A stretch of 64,000 bases of DNA from an uncultured Ruminococcus sp. GTDB lineage: Bacteria; Bacillota; Clostridia; Oscillospirales; Ruminococcaceae. Under the pieces are notes generated by a model that made no database searches, was not told where the DNA came from, and saw only the letters and a list, made by a program, of their open reading frames with translations. Shown piece after piece: positions 56,508 through 64,000 of this stretch; position 1 is the stretch's first letter; every line of letters begins with the position of its first letter. Both the position numbers and the translations under genes were made by a program. The stretch covers positions 33,924 to 97,923 of the forward strand of contig CAYVSV010000001.1 in assembly GCA_964454205.1 (NCBI GenBank), in the 5' to 3' direction.

Positions 56508-58028
56508 ATGAACATAAAACAGGCGAAGGACGATATTAAAAACGCGGTCTCCGCGTATTTGACAAAGGATAAATTCGGGGGCTTTGTTATCCCGATAGAA
56601 CGCCAGCGACCCGTGTTCCTTATGGGCGCGCCGGGCATCGGCAAAACCGCCGTTATGGAGCAGATAGCCGAGGAACTCAAAATAGGTCTCGTGAGCTACT
56701 CCATGACCCACCACACAAGACAATCCGCGCTGGGTCTGCCGTTTATCGTTCAAAAGACCTACGGCGGCGAGGAGTTCAGCGTATCCGAGTATACCATGAG
56801 CGAGATCATCGCGAGCGTCTACGATATGATAGAGATAACCGGGCTTAAAGAAGGCATTTTGTTCCTTGACGAGATAAACTGCGTTTCGGAAACCCTCGCG
56901 CCAGCGATGTTGCAGTTTCTGCAATACAAAACGTTCGGGCGGCATAAAGTCCCCGACGGCTGGATAGTAGTCACGGCGGGCAATCCCCCGGAATACAACA
57001 ACTCCGTCCGCGAATTTGATATAGTTACTTGGGACAGACTTAAACGCATAGATGTTGAGGCGGACTACAATACATGGAAGGAATACGCGCTCTCAAAGGG
57101 CACGCACCCCGCCATTCTCACATACCTCGACATCAAAAAGGACGACTTCTACAAGATAGAGACCACCGTAGACGGCAAGAGCTTTGTGACCGCCCGCGGC
57201 TGGAGCGATCTTTCGGATATGATGAGCATTTACGAGCAAAAGGAGTTCCCCGTGAACGAGGGGCTGATAGCGCAGTATGTTCAGAACAAGAAGATAGCGA
57301 AAAGCTTTGCGGCGTATTACGATCTTTTCCGCAAATACCGCTCGGATTATCAGGTGGACAAAATACTCGGCGGCAAAGCGGGCGCGGAGATAATTGAGCG
57401 CGCCAAGGCGGCGAAGTTTGACGAACGGCTCTCGCTGCTCGGGCTTATCGTGGACGGTCTTATCGGAAACGTCCGCGAAGCGGAGCTTGCGGAAAACGCC
57501 CTCTCCGAGCTTATGAAGTGTCTTAAAACGATAAAGTTTGACCTTACGGTCGATGAGAAATTCGAGACATCGGTCGAACGCCAGATCACGGAAAAGCGCA
57601 AGGCTGTTTCGATAGGCAAGCGCGCGGGAAACCTCTCGCGTGATGAGGAATATGTTTTAAACGCGGTGACAGCGGCGCTTTGCGAGCAGCAGGCTTTGTT
57701 GTTTGAGCACTCCCCGAACGACCCCGCGGAGGCGTTCAAGCTGTTAAAGGCGGACTTCGACAAGCGCAAGAAGGAGCTCGCAAAGCTCGTGACAACGGCA
57801 AGCGGTATGCTCTCAAACGCGTTTAAGTTTTGCGAGGAGGCGTTTGAAAAGGGAAGTCAGGAGCTCCTCATACTCGTCACCGAGCTCACCGTCAGCGTTT
57901 ACGCGGCGCATTTCATCGGAAGCTACGGCTGCAAGGAGTATTTCGAAAACAACAAGGATATGATGTTCTTCGAGCGGCAGAAGGAAATTAAAGCCGAGAT
58001 CGAGGAGCTCAACTTAGATGATGATTGA
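56508..58028 (+). CDS. MoxR-like AAA+ ATPase
   Basis: GAPGIGKT, GILFLDEIN, WIVVTAGNPPEYN and TARGW motifs; helical C-terminal domain. Confidence 0.9.
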   Translation: MNIKQAKDDIKNAVSAYLTKDKFGGFVIPIERQRPVFLMGAPGIGKTAVMEQIAEELKIGLVSYSMTHHTRQSALGLPFIVQKTYGGEEFSVSEYTMSEIIASVYDMIEITGLKEGILFLDEINCVSETLAPAMLQFLQYKTFGRHKVPDGWIVVTAGNPPEYNNSVREFDIVTWDRLKRIDVEADYNTWKEYALSKGTHPAILTYLDIKKDDFYKIETTVDGKSFVTARGWSDLSDMMSIYEQKEFPVNEGLIAQYVQNKKIAKSFAAYYDLFRKYRSDYQVDKILGGKAGAEIIERAKAAKFDERLSLLGLIVDGLIGNVREAELAENALSELMKCLKTIKFDLTVDEKFETSVERQITEKRKAVSIGKRAGNLSRDEEYVLNAVTAALCEQQALLFEHSPNDPAEAFKLLKADFDKRKKELAKLVTTASGMLSNAFKFCEEAFEKGSQELLILVTELTVSVYAAHFIGSYGCKEYFENNKDMMFFERQKEIKAEIEELNLDDD

Positions 58029-58078
58029 CCGAATAATGACCCCCTCATGCCGCAGCGCGAGGGGGTTGTTTTACGCGT

Positions 58079-58846
58079 TTATTTTTTTGCTTTCTTTTTC
58101 TTAATGAGCATAATGTTCCCCGCAAACCACAGCGCCGAGGTCACGCACAGGAAGATGAGCACGAACACGTTCACTTCCTCTTCCCAGCGGAGCGCGAGAA
58201 CCGCAATATCTCCGAAAAGGGCGATGAGAAACGGGATAAGACCGAACTTACTCTCGCCGTTTCCGATGTAGAACCGCGTGAGCATTATCGTGAACATCGC
58301 GACCATTGCCACGGAAACGGCACATTCTACGGGTATAAATATATAGTCGAGCTCGATGCTTGTGTGATAAACCACGGGTATCGCCATGGAGTACGCCACG
58401 ATGTAAGCGAAAGAGAGCCATTTCATAGCGGCGTTTTTCGAGCGCTTTATGTTTTCGGCGGTGTGTATCGCCATAGAGCCCAATATCATTCCGTAGGAGA
58501 TAAACTGCATTACGGGTATCGAGCCGGTGGTGTGCACCATTCCGCCGAGGAGAAGGATACCCGCCGCCACGGCAAGCTCCGGAAAAATGTTGCGGTTATC
58601 CTCCTTACTGTTTACAATGTCGGTACAGCGCATAACGGCGAAGATGTACGCTCCGAACATCGCGAAAATGGTGAGCATCACCATATAGTAATCGAGCAGC
58701 GCGAAGCTGTCAACGTCTCCGGTAAAGCACGTTATAAGGCTGATTATGCGCTCGACGGTGAGTATCGCGAAATACAGCAGCAGAAGCGTGAATTTCCACT
58801 TCCCGAATGCTGTTTTCTTTGTTTTTTTGTTTTCCAATTTTGTCAC
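58079..58846 (-). CDS. Integral membrane protein of unknown function (about 8 TM)
   Basis: Hydrophobic segments; GGMVHT, MAIHT and PVVYH put His residues near the membrane; promoter TTGACA-17-TATAAT at 58936-58964(-). Confidence 0.8.
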   Translation of the reverse strand: MTKLENKKTKKTAFGKWKFTLLLLYFAILTVERIISLITCFTGDVDSFALLDYYMVMLTIFAMFGAYIFAVMRCTDIVNSKEDNRNIFPELAVAAGILLLGGMVHTTGSIPVMQFISYGMILGSMAIHTAENIKRSKNAAMKWLSFAYIVAYSMAIPVVYHTSIELDYIFIPVECAVSVAMVAMFTIMLTRFYIGNGESKFGLIPFLIALFGDIAVLALRWEEEVNVFVLIFLCVTSALWFAGNIMLIKKKKAKK

Positions 58847-58867
58847 TCCCCTGTTTCTTCTTTCACT

Positions 58868-58906
58868 TTTTATTGTTTACCCGCCAGCGGCAGGGAAACA
58901 ATAAAA
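58868..58906. repeat. REP-like palindrome copy (degenerate)
   Basis: TTTTATTGTTTACCCGCC-AGC-GGCAGGGAAACAATAAAA. Confidence 0.7.
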
Positions 58907-58985
58907 TTTTGAAAATATTTAATTATATCATCAATATTATAATACAAATCCCGAAGATTGTCAAGCCGTGCCGAAAACGCACTAC

Positions 58986-59014
58986 TTGACATTTTTCGCG
59001 AAAAATGCTATAAT
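58986..59014 (+). promoter_or_regulatory. SigA promoter of the GT4 gene with an 18-bp palindrome in its spacer
   Basis: TTGACA-17-TATAAT; CATTTTTCGCGAAAAATG at 58990-59007. Confidence 0.8.
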
Positions 59015-59095
59015 ATTGATGTTCCAATTAAATTTTCCAATATCTTCGGTTCTCTCTTTGCGGGAGAGTAAGACCGAAAACGACCGGGAGTTATT

Positions 59096-60124
59096 ATGAA
59101 GGTTTACATTTATTCCGAGGCAATGGATAAGATAGGACAAAGCGGCGTTGGCAGAGCTATTTTTCACCAGACCGCCGCCGTTCAAAAAAACGGCGTAGAG
59201 GTGGTAAACAGCGTTGAGGAAGCGGACGTTGTGCACATCAACACGGTGCTTCCGAAGTCGTTTCAATTGGCGCGCGAGCTCAACAAAAAGGGCGTGCCGC
59301 TGGTATATCACGCTCATTCCACAAAAGAGGATTTCCGCAATTCTTACATAGGCGCAAACGCGGTTGCGGGTCTTTTCAAACAGTGGATAATCAAGTGCTA
59401 CTCAAAAGGCGACGTTATCATCACTCCAAGCAAGTATTCAAAACACCTGCTCGAGAGCTATGGAATAAAAAAGCCGATCTTCGCGATCTCCAACGGCATA
59501 GACCTCGACGATTACCAACGCAATGAGCAGGCGGGCAAGGAGTTCCGCGAAAAATACGGATTTTCCGACGAGGACAAGGTAGTCATCTCGGCGGGCTTGA
59601 TAATGAAACGCAAGGGCGTGCATGATTTCGCGGAGATAGCAAGGCGGCTGCCGCAATATAAGTTCGTGTGGTTCGGGGCTGCGGATATGAGGTTCGTCGG
59701 AAAGGAAGTAAGAAACGCCGTGAACGATCCGCCCGAAAATCTCATTTTCGCGGGCTATGTGGAAAAGCCGAAGCTCCAGGCGGCGCTTTCGGGCAGCGAT
59801 CTGTTTTTGTTCCCCTCGTATGAGGAAACGGAGGGTATAGTCGTGCTGGAGGCTCTCGCGATGAAGACCCCCGTGCTGCTCCGCAATATCCCGGTGTATG
59901 ACGGTTGGATATACAGCGGCGAAAAAAGGAGCGCATATCTCGCGGAAAACACGGAGGATTTTGTGCGCCTTACAACGGATATTCTCGAAGAGCGCGTGCC
60001 GTCGCTTGTCGAGAAGGGCTACGCCGTGGCGCAGTCGCGCAGTCTCGAGAGAACGGGTGCGCAGCTTGCCGCGGCATACAAACGCGCAATCGAGTTGTGC
60101 GAAAAACATAAAAGCGGCAAGTAA
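59096..60124 (+). CDS. GT4 glycosyltransferase (CpoA-like glycolipid synthase)
   Basis: SGVGRA, HAHST.EDFRNS, RKGV.DF and FPSYEETEGIVVLEA motifs. Confidence 0.9.
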   Translation: MKVYIYSEAMDKIGQSGVGRAIFHQTAAVQKNGVEVVNSVEEADVVHINTVLPKSFQLARELNKKGVPLVYHAHSTKEDFRNSYIGANAVAGLFKQWIIKCYSKGDVIITPSKYSKHLLESYGIKKPIFAISNGIDLDDYQRNEQAGKEFREKYGFSDEDKVVISAGLIMKRKGVHDFAEIARRLPQYKFVWFGAADMRFVGKEVRNAVNDPPENLIFAGYVEKPKLQAALSGSDLFLFPSYEETEGIVVLEALAMKTPVLLRNIPVYDGWIYSGEKRSAYLAENTEDFVRLTTDILEERVPSLVEKGYAVAQSRSLERTGAQLAAAYKRAIELCEKHKSGK

Positions 60125-60146
60125 GTACAAAAGTGTAGGACAAAAA

Positions 60147-61496
60147 ATGGAAACAAAAGAAAACAAAATGGGCATAATGCCCGTTCGCAGGCTGTTGATA
60201 ACAATGTCGCTGCCGATGGTCATTTCGATGTTCGTGCAGGCGATGTACAACCTTATCGACAGCATATTCGTAGCGCAGATAGATCAGGACGCGCTCACCG
60301 CCGTGAATATGGCGTTCCCGATGCAGTCGCTGATGATAGCGTTCCAGACTGGTCTGGGAGTTGGAATGAACGCGCAGATCTCCCGTCTGCTCGGAGAGAA
60401 GAAGCCCAAAGAGGCGGGACAAGCCGCACTCCACGGATTGATACTCACGCTCGTGAATTATCTGATATTCCTCATAGTGGGGCTTACTTTAACGGGCGTA
60501 TTCTACACCGCGCAGAGCAAAACTCCCGCCGTTATCGAGTACGGCAAGGAGTATCTGATAGTGGTGACGGTGTTAGGGTTCGGACTGTTCTTCCAGGTAT
60601 GCTTTGAGAGATTTTTGCAGGCAACGGGCAAGACCGTTTATTCAATGATAATGCAGGGAGTGGGAGCGCTTATAAACATAGGGCTCGATCCGCTGTTTAT
60701 CTTCGTGTTTGATATGGGAGTAAAGGGCGCGGCGCTCGCGACTGTTATCGGGCAGATCATAGGCTGTACGCTCGGAGCGGTTTTGCATTTCACAAAAAAT
60801 AAAGAGCTCAAACTCGATTTCAAGACGTTCAAATTCGACCGGCATACGGTGTGGAAAATATACGCCGTCGGTATTCCATCAATAATGATGAGCGCCCTCG
60901 TCTCCGTTATGACGTATCTTATGAACGTTATTCTCAAGAGCTACGAGGAAGTGACCGCGACGGTTTTCGGCGTGTACTTCAAGCTCCAGAGCTTTGTTGT
61001 AATGCCCGTTTTCGGAATGAACAACGGTATGGTGCCGATTATCGCGTACAACTACGGCGCGGGCAAGGGAGAGCGTATCGTAAAGACGATAAAGCTCGGC
61101 GTATGCTATGCCGTGTGCGTTATGATCGTGGGACTTGCGCTGTTCCAGCTCCTGCCGAGCTTTTTCCTCGGGTTCTTTAATCCCACCGAGGATATGATTC
61201 GCGTCGGTATCCCCGCGCTCAGAACGCTTTCCTTGTCGTTCATTTTCGCGGGAGCTTCCGTTGTGATGACTTCGGCGTTTCAGGCTCTCGGAAACGGCGT
61301 GTGGAGCTTGTTTGTGTTTATCGTGAGACTTCTTGTTCCTACGCTGCCGCTGGCGTGGCTGCTCGGAAGGCTCGGCGGCGTAACGGCGCTGTGGTTCGCG
61401 CTGCCGATATGCGATTTTCTCGGAGTGATACTCGCTTCGATACTTATGCGGAAAATGTACCTTAAAGTAATAAAGCCGATGCTCGCGAAAAACTGA
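60147..61496 (+). CDS. MATE family efflux transporter
   Basis: QAMYNLIDSIFV, NIGLDPLFIF, GVKGAALAT and YNYGAG motifs; start ATG 60147. Confidence 0.95.
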   Translation: METKENKMGIMPVRRLLITMSLPMVISMFVQAMYNLIDSIFVAQIDQDALTAVNMAFPMQSLMIAFQTGLGVGMNAQISRLLGEKKPKEAGQAALHGLILTLVNYLIFLIVGLTLTGVFYTAQSKTPAVIEYGKEYLIVVTVLGFGLFFQVCFERFLQATGKTVYSMIMQGVGALINIGLDPLFIFVFDMGVKGAALATVIGQIIGCTLGAVLHFTKNKELKLDFKTFKFDRHTVWKIYAVGIPSIMMSALVSVMTYLMNVILKSYEEVTATVFGVYFKLQSFVVMPVFGMNNGMVPIIAYNYGAGKGERIVKTIKLGVCYAVCVMIVGLALFQLLPSFFLGFFNPTEDMIRVGIPALRTLSLSFIFAGASVVMTSAFQALGNGVWSLFVFIVRLLVPTLPLAWLLGRLGGVTALWFALPICDFLGVILASILMRKMYLKVIKPMLAKN

Positions 61497-61504
61497 ACTA
61501 ATGG

Positions 61505-61538
61505 CGCTTCCCCCTGCCGACGGCGGTGAGGGAAAGCG
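61505..61538. repeat. REP-like palindrome copy (degenerate)
   Basis: CGCTTCCCCCTGCC-GAC-GGCGGTGAGGGAAAGCG. Confidence 0.55.
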
Positions 61539-61589
61539 AAAAAAATAAACATCATTTAACCAACATTTCCTCGGAAAAGGAGAAACAAA

Positions 61590-61760
61590 ATGTCGATATG
61601 TGATGAGTGCGTAAACTACGTCTACGACGAAGAGTACGAATGCTACACCTGCCTTGTGAATCTCGACGAGGACGAGATGTATCGTTTCCTGAAAGGCGAC
61701 AATGAAAGCTGCCCCTATTTTGACCGCGACGATGAATATTTCCTCGCGCGGAAGCAATAA
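61590..61760 (+). CDS. Small Cys-rich acidic protein, 56 aa (DUF6472-like; below the ORF-track cutoff)
   Basis: MSICDECVNYVYDEEYECYTCLVNLDEDEMYRFL...CPYFDRDDEYFLARKQ; AAGGAG RBS. Confidence 0.85.
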   Translation: MSICDECVNYVYDEEYECYTCLVNLDEDEMYRFLKGDNESCPYFDRDDEYFLARKQ

Positions 61761-61902
61761 CGCCCAAGAGGTATGCTCTTGGGCGTATCGCTTTGTATAA
61801 AAACCCCTCTTTTTCCCCGTTGCATTTGTATATATTGCCTATTGACAAATTTGCTTAACAGGTGTAAAATAATAACGCAGGTTAAGTAAGGAGGGGAGTG
61901 AA

Positions 61903-62418
61903 TTGAAATATCTGCTTGATCTTATGAGAAGAAACGGCGATATTGCGCAGGGCAGATTGTCAAACGAAAAGAGCGGTATCTTCCTTAACGACCTTTTAAG
62001 GCTTATGAACATCAAGTCGGACGTGTTGGCGGAGTGCTGCGCTTCTCATTCCGAGATAACGACGCTGTATTGCTCGCTCGATTGGTTTACCGAGCACGGA
62101 GAATATATAACCGCGGCGCAGGCGGCGAAAAAGCTCGGGGTATCCGCGCCGTCCGTTTCACGAACGCTGAAGAACCTCGAAGAAAAGGGGCTTATCGAGC
62201 GCGGCTTAGATAAAAACGACCGCCGTTCGGTACGGATTATCGTAACAAAGGCTGGCGAGGATAAGGTAAACGCCATTCTGGGTCACATATTAGAAGCGAT
62301 GAATATTGTGTTCGGAGAGTTTTCGGACGACGAGCTCGACGTAATGGTAGATCTGCACAGCAAGTTTGTTAATTCGATAGAAAAAGCGGTTTCAAACGAA
62401 AGGAGAACCGAATGTTAG
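61903..62418 (+). CDS. MarR family regulator
   Basis: VSAPSVSRTLKNLEEKGLIER..DKNDRRSV...TKAG; promoter TTGACA-17-TAAAAT at 61842-61870. Confidence 0.92.
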   Translation: MKYLLDLMRRNGDIAQGRLSNEKSGIFLNDLLRLMNIKSDVLAECCASHSEITTLYCSLDWFTEHGEYITAAQAAKKLGVSAPSVSRTLKNLEEKGLIERGLDKNDRRSVRIIVTKAGEDKVNAILGHILEAMNIVFGEFSDDELDVMVDLHSKFVNSIEKAVSNERRTEC

Positions 62419-64000
62419 AGATAAAGAACATAACAAAGGATTACAAGACGGGCGCGGACACCGTCCACGCGCTGAAAGGCGTTTCCATAGCGTTCCGCGA
62501 CAGCGAGCTCGTGGCGGTTTTGGGACACTCCGGTTGCGGAAAAACAACGCTGCTTAACATCATCGGCGGACTTGACCGCTACACTAGCGGCGACCTCGTT
62601 ATCGATGGGCGCTCCACCAAGGAGTACAAGGACCGCGATTGGGACACCTACCGCAATCACTCGATAGGCTTCATTTTCCAGAGCTACAACCTCATTCCGC
62701 ACCAATCCGTGCTGTCGAACGTCGAGCTCGCGCTTACGCTCTCCGGCGTTTCCAAGGCGGAGCGCCGCCGCCGCGCGAAAGAGGCTCTCGAGAAGGTGGG
62801 TCTCGGCGACCAGCTCAACAAGCGCCCGAATCAGATGTCGGGCGGACAGATGCAGAGAGTCGCGATAGCCCGCGCTCTCGTAAACGACCCCGAGATACTC
62901 CTCGCCGACGAGCCTACGGGCGCTCTCGACAGCGAGACCTCCATACAGATAATGGAGCTCGTGAAGGAAATAGCAAAAGACCGCCTTGTCATAATGGTAA
63001 CGCACAATCCCGATCTCGCGACCGATTACGCGACGCGCATAGTCTGTCTCGTGGACGGTGAGATAAAGAGCGACAGCCAGCCGTTCGACCCAAGCGAAAA
63101 CGCTCCGAAGGAAAAAACCGCGAAGAAGCCCAAAACAGGCAAGAAAACCAAAATGGGCTTTCTCACCGCGCTTTCTCTTTCCCGAAACAATCTGATGACG
63201 AAAAAGGGCAGAACGTTCCTCACGTCGTTTGCGGGGAGCATCGGCATAATCGGAATAGCGCTTATCCTTTCGCTTTCAAACGGCGTGCAGACGTACATCG
63301 ATAACGTTGAACATTCCACGTTGGCGAGCTACCCCGTTCAGCTCGACCGCCAGACCGTAAACTATTCGGGGCTTATGAGCTCTATGATGGAAAGCCAGGA
63401 AAGCGCGAACAATGAGGAGCGCGACCCCGACCGCGTTTATACAAACGATATGTCCACGGAAATGATGAAGACCATGATGTCCGAGATACAGGAAAACAAT
63501 CTCAACGACTTTATGGAGTACCTCGACACCAACCCCGACAATATCAAGGACTGCATAAGCGAAATATCGTATGGTCACAAGTCCAAGCTGTATGTATACG
63601 GAAAAGATGTGAACGGCGATATTATCCGCGTGAATCCCTCCACCACCATTCAGGCGATGATGGGACAGGAAATGGCGAGCACCATTTCGAGTATGTGGAG
63701 CACTATGTCATCATTTTCGGGTATGGATATGAACTCCCGCGCGAACTGCTTTGAGCAGCTTCTCTCTAACGAGCGCGTGGCGGAGCAGTATGAGGTAGTC
63801 GCGGGACATCTCCCCGAAAATTACGACGAGGTAGTCGTTATCATAAGCGAGCAAAACGAGGTCTCAAACCTCACGCTGTATACTCTCGGTCTGCGCGACC
63901 AGTCAGAGCTCGGCGAGCTGATGAGCCATGTTATGGCGGGCGAGTCGTGGGATCTCGACACGGGCGACCAGAGCTATTCCTATGATGAGCTTATGGGGCT
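62412..64000 (+). CDS. Fused ABC ATPase/permease (MacB-like), 3' truncated by window edge
   Basis: Translated by hand: [11 protein letters not shown]...GHSGCGKTT...[15 protein letters not shown]...[10 protein letters not shown]...[22 protein letters not shown]; I saw no stop before the window end. Confidence 0.92.
   Translation, partial: MLEIKNITKDYKTGADTVHALKGVSIAFRDSELVAVLGHSGCGKTTLLNIIGGLDRYTSGDLVIDGRSTKEYKDRDWDTYRNHSIGFIFQSYNLIPHQSVLSNVELALTLSGVSKAERRRRAKEALEKVGLGDQLNKRPNQMSGGQMQRVAIARALVNDPEILLADEPTGALDSETSIQIMELVKEIAKDRLVIMVTHNPDLATDYATRIVCLVDGEIKSDSQPFDPSENAPKEKTAKKPKTGKKTKMGFLTALSLSRNNLMTKKGRTFLTSFAGSIGIIGIALILSLSNGVQTYIDNVEHSTLASYPVQLDRQTVNYSGLMSSMMESQESANNEERDPDRVYTNDMSTEMMKTMMSEIQENNLNDFMEYLDTNPDNIKDCISEISYGHKSKLYVYGKDVNGDIIRVNPSTTIQAMMGQEMASTISSMWSTMSSFSGMDMNSRANCFEQLLSNERVAEQYEVVAGHLPENYDEVVVIISEQNEVSNLTLYTLGLRDQSELGELMSHVMAGESWDLDTGDQSYSYDELMG

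Noticed and set aside
1-64000. tRNA, rRNA, IS/transposase, integrase, prophage or recognisable defence systems
   Set aside because: I recognised no such motifs or ORFs by eye. A tRNAscan/Rfam/HMM run would be needed to exclude small RNAs fully.

Overview
64-kb window from a low-GC Gram-positive (Clostridia; gene content and order suggest an Oscillospiraceae/Ruminococcaceae-like motile gut organism, which is an inference) that spans the chromosomal replication origin. The core block is dnaA-[oriC]-dnaN-yaaA-recF-remB-(GntR/ABC insertion)-gyrB-(YcxB-like)-gyrA-mnmG-rsmG-noc-parA-parB-serS, with three parS sites. Directly upstream of dnaA, where rpmH-rnpA-yidC-jag-mnmE usually lies, there is a cheA-cheW-cheR-cheB operon and a divergent sigma28-driven flagellar satellite (FliK-like protein with an unusual 5x43-aa hairpin repeat, FlhB-C-like protein, two-domain FliD-like protein). 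The right half holds accessory ABC exporters, a lipoprotein serpin, an ECF sigma/anti-sigma pair, dapL, murA, walJ, an orphan MoxR ATPase, a GT4 enzyme, a MATE pump and a MarR regulator. I see no rRNA, tRNA, CRISPR array, transposase or integrase. The main non-coding signals are: a dispersed REP-like palindrome family (TTTCCCCGCC-N3-GGCGGGGAAA, about 13 copies, often at module junctions), a non-canonical DnaA box (TTTTCAACA) paired with an altered DnaA recognition helix, and 75-bp direct repeats bracketing a TetR-ABC cassette. All family assignments come from recognising motifs by eye; no database search was run.
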